Positions 1 to 9,800 of a stretch of DNA of 64,000 bases are shown here, in pieces. The translations under genes were made by a program, and so were the position numbers. The stretch's first letter is position 1. Every line of letters begins with the position of its first letter. The DNA is from Myxococcota bacterium (GTDB lineage Bacteria; Myxococcota_A; UBA796; CAJQPC01): the NCBI GenBank assembly GCA_036229005.1, contig JAZAMN010000048.1:1-64000 (forward strand), read 5' to 3'. The notes beneath the pieces were generated by a model that did not search any database, had not been told where the DNA came from, and worked only from the letters and a program-made list of their open reading frames with translations.

Positions 1-501
1 GCCGCCACCGTGCTCCTGCGCTACCTCCTGGCCCCGCCGCCCCCCGGCTCCACCCGCCCCCGCGCGCTGAGCGCCAGCCTGCACCTGACCAAGTTCGGCG
101 TGCTCCCCGGCCAGGCCACCCCCACGGTCACCCTCAGCGCCGACGCCGACGAGCTGCAGTTCACCCAGGAGCAGAACGCCTGGGGGGACGTCGACGTGAT
201 CGCCCAGACCCGCCTGCTGGGCCTCTACCGCCTGAACGTGGCGCCCGGCGCGCAGATCCCCCACCACCTGCACCGCGTGATGCGCGAAGCCGAGCTGGTC
301 CTCAGCCCCGGCCTGGTCGGCTGGATCCACGACGGCCCCGACACCCCGCTGGAGCCCGGGACGGTCTTTGAGTGGGAGAAGGAGCTGGCGCATGGGTACC
401 GCAACACCGCGGCCCATCCCGCCAGCATCCTCTGCCTGGACTCCCCGCCATTCCAGCCCACCGACGAGGTCACCCTGCCCCGTCCCGAGCGCACCCCATG
501 A
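1..501 (+). CDS. Cupin-domain protein, 5'-partial; N-terminal part possibly dihydroneopterin-aldolase-like
   Basis: Frame is open from base 1. Cupin metal motifs PHHLHRVMREAE and LAHGYRN are present. Stop overlaps the next ATG (ATGA). Confidence 0.6.
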   Translation, partial: AATVLLRYLLAPPPPGSTRPRALSASLHLTKFGVLPGQATPTVTLSADADELQFTQEQNAWGDVDVIAQTRLLGLYRLNVAPGAQIPHHLHRVMREAELVLSPGLVGWIHDGPDTPLEPGTVFEWEKELAHGYRNTAAHPASILCLDSPPFQPTDEVTLPRPERTP

Positions 502-1199
502 GCGCCCGCGTCCTGGTCACTGGAGGCGCCTCGGGCATCGGCCTGGGCATCAGCCGCGTGCTGGTGGAGGCCGGCTTTGAGGTGGTGGTGTGTGGTCGGC
601 GCCAGTCGGTCCTCGCCGATGCCGAGCAGTCCCTGGGTGTGCGGGGGCTGGTGTGGGATCTGGTGAACCCCCAAGGCCTGGTCCACGCAGCCGGCCCCTT
701 GACCCACCTGGTCCACTGCGCGGGCAACGACGCCAACGTCCCGCTCGCGGACTGGCAGGCCCACCACTTCTCGGACTGCTTCGCCCTGCACGCGGTCGCC
801 ACCGGCCTGTTGATGCGGGACTGGGCCGCCCAGGCGCCCAAGGGGGGCTGCTTTGTGGGCATCTCCTCCACCCTGGGACGCCGGAGCGCCCCGGGCAAGG
901 GGCCCTACGCTGCGGCCAAGGCAGCCATGCAGTCGATCTGCCAGACCGGCGCGATGGAGCTCGCCCACTCAAAACTCCGGGTGAACACCGTACTTCCCGG
1001 GATCGTTCCCACCGCGATGACCCGCGTCCCGCGCTGGCCGGGCAGCGATGTCAGTGCGCAGCTCGAAGACTTCCGGCGCATGCACCCCCTGGGTCGCCTG
1101 GGCCGCCCGGAGGAGGTCGGCGACGCCGTGCGCTACCTGCTGGAGGCCGAATGGGTGACCGGCGCGGAGCTGGTAGTGGATGGCGGCCTGAGCCTGTAA
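498..1199 (+). CDS. SDR family oxidoreductase
   Basis: TGGASGIG, YAAAK, RVNTVLPG, PLGRLG and VTGAELVVDGG motifs. ATG at 498 is coupled to the upstream stop. Confidence 0.9.
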   Translation: MSARVLVTGGASGIGLGISRVLVEAGFEVVVCGRRQSVLADAEQSLGVRGLVWDLVNPQGLVHAAGPLTHLVHCAGNDANVPLADWQAHHFSDCFALHAVATGLLMRDWAAQAPKGGCFVGISSTLGRRSAPGKGPYAAAKAAMQSICQTGAMELAHSKLRVNTVLPGIVPTAMTRVPRWPGSDVSAQLEDFRRMHPLGRLGRPEEVGDAVRYLLEAEWVTGAELVVDGGLSL

Positions 1200-1239
1200 G
1201 CCCCGCCGCCGCTGGCCGTTGTCCCCCCGGAGACCGCCC

Positions 1240-1782
1240 ATGTTCCTGCTCTTCCCCCTCTTCTTGACCCCGCCCCCCGCGCAACCTGTGGCCCGGGTCG
1301 GGTCCTGCCCCTCCGGCTACTCGACCAGCGGCGACTTCTGCAACCCCGGCAGCTCAGCCCGCTACGCCGTCCCGCGCACGGGGTCCTGCCCCTCCGGCTA
1401 CTCCTCCAGCGGCGACTACTGCCTGGCGGGCTCCAGCGCGACGCACGCTCTGCCGCGCACGGGGTCCTGCCCCTCCGGCTACTCCTCCAGCGGCGACTAC
1501 TGCCTGCAGTCATCCAGCGCGCCCGCGCACACCGACATGAGCCCGCGGGCCCTGCCGCGCACGGGGTCCTGCCCCTCCGGCTACTCCACCAGCGGCGACT
1601 ACTGCATCCCGGGCAGCAGCGCGCGCTACGCCGTGGTCAAGGTGGGGAGCTGCCCCTCGGGGTACTCGACCAGCGGTGACTACTGCTTGGCCAGCTCCAG
1701 CGCGCGACTCGCCGTGCCCAAGGGCGGGAGCTGCCCGTCGGGCTTCTCCACCAGCGGCGACTACTGCCTGTCCAGCGACTGA
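1240..1782 (+). CDS. Secreted Cys-rich repeat protein (6 x GSCPSG[YF]S[TS]SGD[YF]C)
   Basis: Hydrophobic N-terminus MFLLFPLFLT followed by six ~27-aa two-Cys repeats. Confidence 0.8.
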   Translation: MFLLFPLFLTPPPAQPVARVGSCPSGYSTSGDFCNPGSSARYAVPRTGSCPSGYSSSGDYCLAGSSATHALPRTGSCPSGYSSSGDYCLQSSSAPAHTDMSPRALPRTGSCPSGYSTSGDYCIPGSSARYAVVKVGSCPSGYSTSGDYCLASSSARLAVPKGGSCPSGFSTSGDYCLSSD

Positions 1783-1786
1783 GAGC

Positions 1787-2034
1787 GGGCATCCGGGGTC
1801 GAACGCCCGCGCAGACTGGGCATCCGGGGTCGAACGCCCGCGAAGACGGGGCATCCCGGGTCGAACGCCCGGGCAGACGGGGCATCCGGGGTCGAACGCC
1901 CGCGCATGCTGGGCATCCGGGGTCGAACGCCCGCAGATCCGCGGGTCTCTGGAGCGAACGCCCGAGAAGTGCCCTCCAGCCGGGCGTTCACACCCCGATG
2001 CCCCCCAAAGCCGGGCGTTCACACCCCGATGCCC
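1787..2034. repeat. REP/BIME-like array: five tandem 31-bp units, one degenerate unit, two inverted units
   Basis: GGGCATCC[GC]GGGTCGAACGCCCG at 1787, 1818, 1849, 1880 and 1911; degenerate copy at 1943-1964; reverse-oriented CGGGCGTTCACACCCCGATGCCC at 1981 and 2012. Lies between convergent genes. Confidence 0.9.
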
Positions 2035-2038
2035 GGCC

Positions 2039-2926
2039 TCAGAGAAGCTGCAGCGTGTCGTCGTCGCCGACCCCGCCGTTCTCGTGCCCCTTGAGGGCCA
2101 GCAGCTCCTTGTCCAGCAGGTGGCTGACGCGCACGTTGCTCAGAGCCGCCAGCATGTTGCCCTTCACGTTGTTGTTCTGGGCGTGGAGCCGACCGATCAG
2201 CGCCTTGACCTCCTGGCGCTGCATGTTCTTCTGGCTGCCGCAGAGGTTGCAGGGCAGGATGGGGAAGCCCACGAGCTGCGCGTACTCGGCGATCTCGCCC
2301 TCGTCGCTGTAGGCCAGCGGGCGGATCACGATGTTCTTGCCGTCGTCCGCGAACAGCTTGGGCGGCATGCTCTTGAGCTGCCCGGAGAAGAGCAGGTTGA
2401 GCATCGCCGTCTCGATCAGGTCGTCGCGGTGGTGGCCCAGGGCGATCTTGTTGCAGCCCAGCTCTTCCGCCGCCGAGTACAGGATGCCGCGGCGCAGGCG
2501 CGAGCACAGGCTGCAGAAGGTCTTGCCGGCGGGGATCTTGTCCAGCACGATGCTGTAGGTGTCCCGCTGCAGCATCTTGTAGGTGTAGCCGTGCTCGTCC
2601 AGGTAGTCGGAGATCCGGTGCTGCTCGAACCCGGGCTGCATCTGATCCAGGTTCACGGCCACGAGCTCGATGTCGAGCTGCGCGCGCTCCTTGATTCGCC
2701 GCAGCAGGTGCAGCAGGACCCAGGAGTCCTTGCCGCCGCTCAGGCACACCATGATGCGGTCGCCGGGCTCGATCAGGTTGAAGTCCCCGTTGAGCTTCCC
2801 GATCTCGCGCATCAGGCGCTTCTCCAGGCGCACGCGCTGCCCCTTGCGGGTGGGCTGCTGCTCGCTGGTCTCTTCGACCGACGGGGCGATCGAGGGGGCG
2901 GTGGCGGCGGTCTCGTTGGACTTCAT
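2039..2926 (-). CDS. ttcA: tRNA 2-thiocytidine(32) synthetase TtcA
   Basis: PP-loop SGGKDS, CSLCSRLRRG, GHHRDD, IRPL and PCNLCGSQ motifs. Confidence 0.95.
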   Translation of the reverse strand: MKSNETAATAPSIAPSVEETSEQQPTRKGQRVRLEKRLMREIGKLNGDFNLIEPGDRIMVCLSGGKDSWVLLHLLRRIKERAQLDIELVAVNLDQMQPGFEQHRISDYLDEHGYTYKMLQRDTYSIVLDKIPAGKTFCSLCSRLRRGILYSAAEELGCNKIALGHHRDDLIETAMLNLLFSGQLKSMPPKLFADDGKNIVIRPLAYSDEGEIAEYAQLVGFPILPCNLCGSQKNMQRQEVKALIGRLHAQNNNVKGNMLAALSNVRVSHLLDKELLALKGHENGGVGDDDTLQLL

Positions 2927-2991
2927 GGGGGGCTCCCGGCGCAGGCGGCCCACCCTAACCGGCAGGGCCGGGATCGGATAGAGGGGCGCTC

Positions 2992-3531
2992 ATGGCCCGC
3001 TACCTGCACCCCGACCGCGAGATCTCCGTCGAAGACGACAAGGGCAGGATCGGCTGCGCCAGCTTCGGCCTGCTCTTCTACGCCTCCCTCATCGCCGGGC
3101 TGGGCCTGGTCGCGCTGCTCTGCGCCGGCCTGACCCTCAACTCCGCGTTGATGGCGACCACGTCCCCCAAACAGCTCACCTCCGGCGTCGAGACCGAGTC
3201 CTGGCGCCTCTCCGAGCTGCGCCGCTGGGAGATCCTGGCGCCCGGCGACACCCCCCAGCTCTACCACGACCACTCCGAGTGGGCCGACGGCTCCAGCGGC
3301 TGCATCGTAGTGGACGGCGCGCTCACCCGCTGGGACGACGAGCTCAGCGCGGGCACGGTTGTCCTCGCTGGCGCCGAGGTCGGGTACGACGGTCCCCAGG
3401 ACGCCCCCGAGTCCGTGTGGGTGAGGGACGATGTGCAGCGACTGGACTGCCCCTTCGGCCCCGAAGAAGGCAGCGACCGCTTCTTCCGCATGCTCCAGGC
3501 CGAGTCGGCCGCAACCCCAGGCAGCCCATGA
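2992..3531 (+). CDS. Hypothetical membrane-anchored protein
   Basis: One N-terminal TM segment, typical codon usage, stop overlaps next ATG. Confidence 0.7.
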   Translation: MARYLHPDREISVEDDKGRIGCASFGLLFYASLIAGLGLVALLCAGLTLNSALMATTSPKQLTSGVETESWRLSELRRWEILAPGDTPQLYHDHSEWADGSSGCIVVDGALTRWDDELSAGTVVLAGAEVGYDGPQDAPESVWVRDDVQRLDCPFGPEEGSDRFFRMLQAESAATPGSP

Positions 3532-3926
3532 GCCTCTCCGATCTGCAGCCCGGCCCCATCCCCGTGTTGGTCAAGACCCCGGACACCGGCAAGTCCGCGC
3601 CCGGTCAGGGCCAGCTCGTCCCCGTGCCCGTCAGCCAGCGCGGTCCCAAGGCCGCCGGCGTCGCCTTCATCGCCCTGCTGCTGATGGTGCCCCCCACCAT
3701 CTTCTTCGGTCCCCACGTCATCATCACCCTGCCCGTGGGCGCGGTGGTCGCCTACGTCGCGTGGACCATCTGGTCGGTGGACACCAAGGTCGAGCAGATC
3801 CAGGTCGCCTGCCCCGGCTGCAAGAAGGACACGACCCTGGACGGCGGCAAGGCCGCGGACGAGATGAACGACCAGTGCCCCGAGTGCCAGCGCGCGCTGA
3901 CGCTCTACCCGGGCAAGGAGAGCTGA
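3528..3926 (+). CDS. Hypothetical 2-TM protein with C-terminal zinc ribbon
   Basis: Two TM helices, then CPGC...CPEC. ATG at 3528. Confidence 0.7.
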   Translation: MSLSDLQPGPIPVLVKTPDTGKSAPGQGQLVPVPVSQRGPKAAGVAFIALLLMVPPTIFFGPHVIITLPVGAVVAYVAWTIWSVDTKVEQIQVACPGCKKDTTLDGGKAADEMNDQCPECQRALTLYPGKES

Positions 3927-3930
3927 GCCC

Positions 3931-4644
3931 ATGGCCTGGAAGACCCTCCCCCACTCCCCCGTCTCTCCGGTCATTCCAGGCATCTGGCAGGTCCAGGGCA
4001 CCCTGCCCGGCGGCAACCCCCTCCCCCGCACCATGGCGATCTGGGCCCTCCCTGACGGCGGCCTCTGCATCCACTCGGCCATCAACCTGGACGAGCCCGC
4101 CATGGACATCCTGCTGGAGCTCGGCGAGCCCCGCGTCCTGGTGGTCCCCAACCGCTTCCACCGCATGGACGCGCAGGCTTGGAAGGAGCGCTTCCCGGCC
4201 CTCGAAGTCCTGGCCCCCACCGCCGCACGCCAGCAGGTGGACAAAGTCATCAAGACCGATGGCGCCTGCGAGGACAGGCTGCCCGCGCTGGGCACCGAGT
4301 GCCTGCAGGGCGGCGGTCTCAAGCCCCTGGAGCTGGTCTACAAGGTCCCCGGGAGCGACGGCGGCCACGCCCTGGTGTTCACCGACACCTTCTTCAACCT
4401 GCCCGAGCACTTTGGCGGCTTCACCGGCTTGTTGATGCGCTACATCACCGGCTCCACCGGCATCGTGGGCATCTCCCGCCTGGGCCGCCTGCTGGGCATG
4501 TCCAGCGCCCCTCAGTACGCCGACTGGCTGGAGGCCCAGAAGACCGCGGAGCTGCGCGCGCTGATCCCGGGTCACGGCGCCCCCTTCGTCGGGCCCGAGG
4601 CCTGCGCGGACGCCCTGGACCAGGCCATCCAGAACCTGAGATGA
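3931..4644 (+). CDS. MBL-fold / DUF4336-like protein
   Basis: RTMAIWALPDGGLCIHS, PNRFH, VFTDTFFN and IPGHG motifs. Confidence 0.7.
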   Translation: MAWKTLPHSPVSPVIPGIWQVQGTLPGGNPLPRTMAIWALPDGGLCIHSAINLDEPAMDILLELGEPRVLVVPNRFHRMDAQAWKERFPALEVLAPTAARQQVDKVIKTDGACEDRLPALGTECLQGGGLKPLELVYKVPGSDGGHALVFTDTFFNLPEHFGGFTGLLMRYITGSTGIVGISRLGRLLGMSSAPQYADWLEAQKTAELRALIPGHGAPFVGPEACADALDQAIQNLR

Positions 4645-4656
4645 GCCGGCCCTGAG

Positions 4657-5565
4657 ATGCGCCCGGACGCCCGCCGCTCCCTGCCCATCCAGGGGCCCTT
4701 CGATCTGCGCGGGACCAACCTCAAGCTGACGCGCTCGGATCCCACGCTGGAGAAGGGGCGCACGCACTTCGCCAAGGCCACCCGGACGCCAGCGGGCCCC
4801 GCCACGTGGGCGGTTCACCTCGCTTCGGCCGATCAGTTGGACTTTCTGGCGTGGGGCCCAGGTGCCGGGTGGTGTGCCGAGCGGGCCGAGGGCCTAAGCG
4901 GCCTCTGGGACCAGGGCTGGGACTGGGATCCGGGCCACCCCGTCGTCCGCGAGCTGCAGCGGCGCCGGCCCGGGATGCGGATGCCCCGGCACCAGAACCC
5001 CTTCGAGACCCTGGTGCCCATCGTGCTCGGCCAACTCGTGCAGGACGTCGAGAAGGTGCGCGCCATGCGCCTGATGACCCGCGCCCTCTCCGAGCCGGCC
5101 CCCGGCCCCGTCGACCTGCTCCTGCCCGTGGCTCCCCGCGCCCTGGCCCGCGTGAGCACGGCCCGCCTGCGCTCCTTCGGCGTCTTGGGCTTCCAGGCCC
5201 GGACCCTGCACGAGCTCGCCTTCTGCGCCTCCCGCCTGCTGCCCGCCGCCGAGCTCCCGGAGCAAGAGGCCCGCGAATTGCTCCTGAGCGTCCCCGGGAT
5301 CGGCGAGTGGAGCGTGGGCATGGCTGGGATCCAGGGGCTGGGGCATGCCGATGCGGTCCCCTGGGGCGACTACAACCTCCCGGCCCTCTTGGCCCACAGA
5401 CTCGCCGGCATCGATCCCGCCAGCGAGGTCACCCGTGCGCAGCAGGAGCAGTGGCTGGCGCCCTGGACGGGCAACCGCGCGCGCCTGCTCAAGCTGCTCT
5501 GGGCCACGGGCGGGGGACCCAAGCGGCGCCACGCCAAGGCGGCGCTGCGCCCCATCGATGAGTAG
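4657..5565 (+). CDS. DNA-3-methyladenine glycosylase II (AlkA-like, HhH-GPD)
   Basis: FETLVPIVLGQLV, LLSVPGIGEWS helix-hairpin-helix, DAVPWGD. Confidence 0.8.
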   Translation: MRPDARRSLPIQGPFDLRGTNLKLTRSDPTLEKGRTHFAKATRTPAGPATWAVHLASADQLDFLAWGPGAGWCAERAEGLSGLWDQGWDWDPGHPVVRELQRRRPGMRMPRHQNPFETLVPIVLGQLVQDVEKVRAMRLMTRALSEPAPGPVDLLLPVAPRALARVSTARLRSFGVLGFQARTLHELAFCASRLLPAAELPEQEARELLLSVPGIGEWSVGMAGIQGLGHADAVPWGDYNLPALLAHRLAGIDPASEVTRAQQEQWLAPWTGNRARLLKLLWATGGGPKRRHAKAALRPIDE

Positions 5566-5577
5566 GCGCCAGCGACG

Positions 5578-6873
5578 CTACTCGGCGACCTGCTGGGTGA
5601 TGTAGGAGATCGCCAGGCACATCTCGTCGTCGGTGCCGTCGCCCCAGGCCACCGTCTGGTCGGTGGGGTTGTCCCAGGTGCAGCTCAGGTGCAGGGTGTC
5701 GCCCTCGCCCACGTTGACCGGCTTGAGCAGCTCGTAGCTGCGCTGCCAGTTGAAGTCGTAGTTCTGGGTGTCCAGCAGGCAGGTGCGGCTGCCGTCGGCG
5801 TGCTCGACCTCGAAGCGGGCGCTCTGCCCCAGGGTGTGCATGTGCATGGCGACGCTGCGGAAGGCGAAGTCCTCGCTGGAGGACAGCGCATAGCTCCACT
5901 CTTGGGTCACCCCGTCGGTCTGGGCGGGGATGATCATGCCGCCGTCGGGGTCGTCCTCCTTGAGCACCCACACCGGGTCGGTGAAGGGCTGCACATTGCC
6001 CCAGCCCTGGCTCTCGGTCTCGATCTTGAGGTCGATGCCCGACAGGTCCGGCCCGGGGCTGCTGCCGGGCTCGACGTAGTAGTGCACCTGGAAGGCGACC
6101 ACGGAGCCGGGCTTGACCCGCAGGCCCGTGCCCTCAGGGAAGAGGTTGGCGCCGCCGCCCGGGGCCCAGGAGCCCAGCCACTTCATGTTGTAGAGGGAGA
6201 ACACGTCGCCGCCAGGGCCGCCGTAGCAGCGGTAGCCGGTGCCCTCGTCTCCCTCGTCCAGGGCGCGGTACTGCGCCACGTCGCCCTCGGGGATGATGTA
6301 GGGGATGACGTGGTGGACGGTCTCCAGATCGCCGGGGCTGACCTCGAAGCCGGTCACCCACACGTCTTCCTCGTAGGGCCAATCGATCAGAAAGCAGCGG
6401 TAGTCATCCGGGGAGCCCGAGGGGGTGTACCCCTCCGGCATCTGGAGGCTCAGATCCACGCGGTCCAGGGGCTCCGCCTCGATGGGATCCGGCAGCGTGG
6501 CGGCCTCGGCGGGGTCTCCCTCGGGCATGCCCCCCTGCACCCACTCGGCCAGGGTCGCGATCTCGTCGTCCGTCAGGGAGAAGTCCCCGGCGTACTCGTT
6601 GCAGTCCCCGCTGGCCTGCCAGGGCGGCATCGTGCGGGCCTCGGTGACGATCTCGACCACCGGCCCCATCGCGGAGAGCTTGTCGAAGCTGGAGAGATCC
6701 ATGGCCCCGAGCACGCCCTCGGCGTTGTGGCAGCCCACGCAGCTCCGCGAGACGATGGGTGCGATGTCGGCGTGGTAGCTCAGGTCGGTGGTGACGACCG
6801 GCTGGGTGTCCTGGGTCTCGGTGGTCCCAGGGGTGTTCACGTCGCAGGCGAGCAGCAGGAAGAAGGCGTTCAT
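5578..6873 (-). CDS. Lipoprotein: c-type heme domain plus copper type II ascorbate-dependent monooxygenase
   Basis: Lipobox LLAC, CVGCH heme motif, VHH, HMH and EMC copper ligands. Confidence 0.85.
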   Translation of the reverse strand: MNAFFLLLACDVNTPGTTETQDTQPVVTTDLSYHADIAPIVSRSCVGCHNAEGVLGAMDLSSFDKLSAMGPVVEIVTEARTMPPWQASGDCNEYAGDFSLTDDEIATLAEWVQGGMPEGDPAEAATLPDPIEAEPLDRVDLSLQMPEGYTPSGSPDDYRCFLIDWPYEEDVWVTGFEVSPGDLETVHHVIPYIIPEGDVAQYRALDEGDEGTGYRCYGGPGGDVFSLYNMKWLGSWAPGGGANLFPEGTGLRVKPGSVVAFQVHYYVEPGSSPGPDLSGIDLKIETESQGWGNVQPFTDPVWVLKEDDPDGGMIIPAQTDGVTQEWSYALSSSEDFAFRSVAMHMHTLGQSARFEVEHADGSRTCLLDTQNYDFNWQRSYELLKPVNVGEGDTLHLSCTWDNPTDQTVAWGDGTDDEMCLAISYITQQVAE

Positions 6874-6882
6874 GCCGAGGTT

Positions 6883-9800
6883 CTACACCAGAGCGCGCAG
6901 CGCCTCCAGCTCATCCAGCATGCCCAGGTCCTTCATCGGAGCGCCGACCACGCCCAGGGTGCGCTCCTGCTCCGATTGCCAGCCTCGCAGGTGGCATCCG
7001 CGGACCAGCGCCTGACCAAGCAGGCCCAGATCCGGATCGGCCTCGCTCAGCCGCGGCGCCTGCTGTTCGGCGCGGTCCAGGTGTCGGGCCAGGCCGGCGC
7101 GGTCGTCCCGGTGCATCGCGAGGGTGGCCAGGGCCAGAGACACCACCACCAGCGCGGTGGGGCGGTTCAAGCGGCGCAGCATCAGGTTGGCGCGCTCCAG
7201 GTGCCGATCCGCCGCCTCCAGCGCCCCCGCGCTGAGCTCCACCAGGCCCAGGTTCAGCTCGGGGTAGGCCACGAGCTGCTCCACCCCGACGCTCTCCCCG
7301 ATCTGCAGGGCCTCCAGGTAGAGCCGGCGGGCCCCGCTCAGGTCTCCCTCGCTCCGGGCCCCCTCCCCCAGGGTGTTCAGGATGTGCACGCAGCGCAGGC
7401 GGTTGCCCTGTCTGCGGTAGAGCTCAAGCTGCCCCTCCAACAGCTCCTTGGCCTCCGCGCCGCGCCCCAGGTGCACCAGGCTCCAGCCCAGGGTGCGCTC
7501 GAGCTGCAATCGCCAGACCTGCTCCTGGGGGTCCAGGGTCTCAGGCAGGCGGGCGAGCCGGCGCTGGATCTGGACCACCGCGGCCTCGTGCGCCCCCTGA
7601 CGCCCCAGCCAGCGGGCCACGCGCGCAGTGAGGCGCAGCTTGAGGTCCACGCGCCCCAGGCTGCGCACCAGCCGGTCGCACTCGTCGAGCACCCCGGGGA
7701 CCTCGTCGGGGATCACCTCCATGCGCCGGGAGACGTCGGAGAGCAGGATCTCGGCCAGCAGGGTCTTGTCCTCCAGCGCGCGGGCCCGCCGCTCCGCCGA
7801 GCGCACGATGGGCCCCGTGTTGGCCATGCCCCGGCTCCACCCCAGCCAGGCGCGGTGCAGGTCGTGGCGCACCCAGACCGGCGCGTCCGGCCGGCCCCGT
7901 CGCAGCAGCTCCAGGCGATGGATCAGCCGCTCGGCGGGGACGCGATCTCCCACCTGCAGGTAGCTGTGGGTGAGCGCGACGTAGGCCGCCACCGCCTGCT
8001 CGGTGCGGCCCGCCTGCTCCAGGTGGTGGGCGCAGCGCTCCCGGTTCTGCAGGCTGGACTTGCGCGCCAGCATGTCGGCGCAGGCCTGGTGAAGCCGCTT
8101 CCACTGCCCCGTCTCCCGCACCACCCGGAGCAGCGACTCCCGCAGCAGCGGGTGGGCGAAGCGCCAGACCTTGGCCCCGCTGGCGGGCTCGGGGAAGGCC
8201 AGCTCCAGACGGGTGTAGACCTCGACGTCCTGCTGGGGGTCGAAGGGCGCGCCCAGAGACAGACAGATCCGGCGCATCTCCCGCACCGAGACCTCCTCCC
8301 CCAGCACCGCCGCGGCCATCAGCGACAGCCCCCGGGAGCTCTCCAGGACCGGCTTGAGGCGCCGCATGAAGGCCAGGTGCACCGTGTCGGGCAGCTCCGG
8401 GAGCACGCCCTCGCGCAGCCGAAGCCCCCTGGGACCGGGCTCCAGCAGTCCCCGAGCCGCCCAGTCTCCGACGATCTCCAAGGCGAAGTCGGGGTGACCC
8501 TCTACCCTCAAGCTCAGGTGGTCCACCAACTCGGGCTCCAGGCCCACGAGCTGCCGCAAGAAGGCCCCCTGCTCCTGCGAGGTCAGGGGATGGATCTCCA
8601 GCCTCCCACCGGGCAGCGCGGCCAGGAGCTGTGAGAGCAGCTCCCGCGCCACGGGGGAGCGCCCCAGGAGCTGCGCGTCGTAGGTGCCCACCAGCAGCAT
8701 GGGGAGCTTGGGGGCCAGTCGGAGAACCTGCTGCAGCTCCGCCAGCGTGCCCCCGCCCCACTGCAGGGACTCCAGCATCAGGATCACCGGCCGCTCGCGG
8801 CAGAGCGCCGTGAGCACCCGCGCGATGGTGACGCCGCGCTCCTCGGGGCTGGCCAGGGTGGTGTCCTCGCCCAGCCAGGCGGGCCCCAGCAGGCGCGCGA
8901 CCGTGGACACCTCGCTCTGCAGCGCGATCCCCCGCAGCGCCCGGGTGAGCTGGGCCCGGCGCTCCTCGCGGGGCAGAGGCAGCAGCCCAAAGTGACGCGC
9001 GAGCATCCCCGAGAAGCCGTGGCTGCGCGCCCGCTCGGGGGCGTGGCGCACCTGTAGAGCCAAGCCCAGCCCGCGCTCCTCGGCCCGCCGCATCAGCCAG
9101 TCCGCGAGCCGCTCGGCGCCCAGGCCCTCGCTGCCCTCCAGCGCGACCATCCGGGGCCGTCGCTCAGCGTGCACGGCGCCAAGCTCACTCCAGACCTCCC
9201 GGCGCTCAGCGTCCCGCCCGACCTGCGGGAGCTGCCGGATCCGCAGCACGCCCAAGCCAACCCCGGCGGGCAGCGGCTGCGCAGGCTCCTCTCGCCACGC
9301 CGCCCCCTGGAACACCGGGGTGGCCCCCAGGCGCGGGCTGCGGCCCATGCGGACCTCCTCCAGCGAGGCCGCCGCGTCCGCCGCCCGCTGAAAGCGCTGC
9401 AGCGGGTCCTTGGCCAGCATGATGCGCAGCCAGGCCTCCAGGTGCGGCGGAACGGGCACCACCGGTCGGAACGGCGGCAGCTCCTCGTGCAGGTGGGCAT
9501 CCAGTGCCTCGTCGACGCTGCGGCCGCCAAAGGGTGCGTGGCCAGTGACCAGCCGCCAGGTGGTGGCCCCCAGCGCATAGAGATCGGCCGGCGGCCCCAG
9601 CACCTCGACCCGGATCTGCTCGGGGGGCATGTAGTTCGGGGTGCCCGCCAGCCCGCTGTTGCCCAGCATGTTGCTGCTGCGCCAGGCCAGCCCAAAGTCC
9701 CCCAGGCACACCCGCCCGTCCCCTGCGAACATGAAGTTGGCGGGCTTCACGTCCCGGTGGATCAAACCGTGGGCGTGGGCGTGGGCCAGCGCCGCCAGGG

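Noticed and set aside
1787..1964. CRISPR array
   Set aside because: Variable parts are only 7-8 nt and similar to each other, and no cas genes are present.
5689..8634. 981-aa plus-strand ORF
   Set aside because: Shadow of the monooxygenase and kinase genes on the minus strand.
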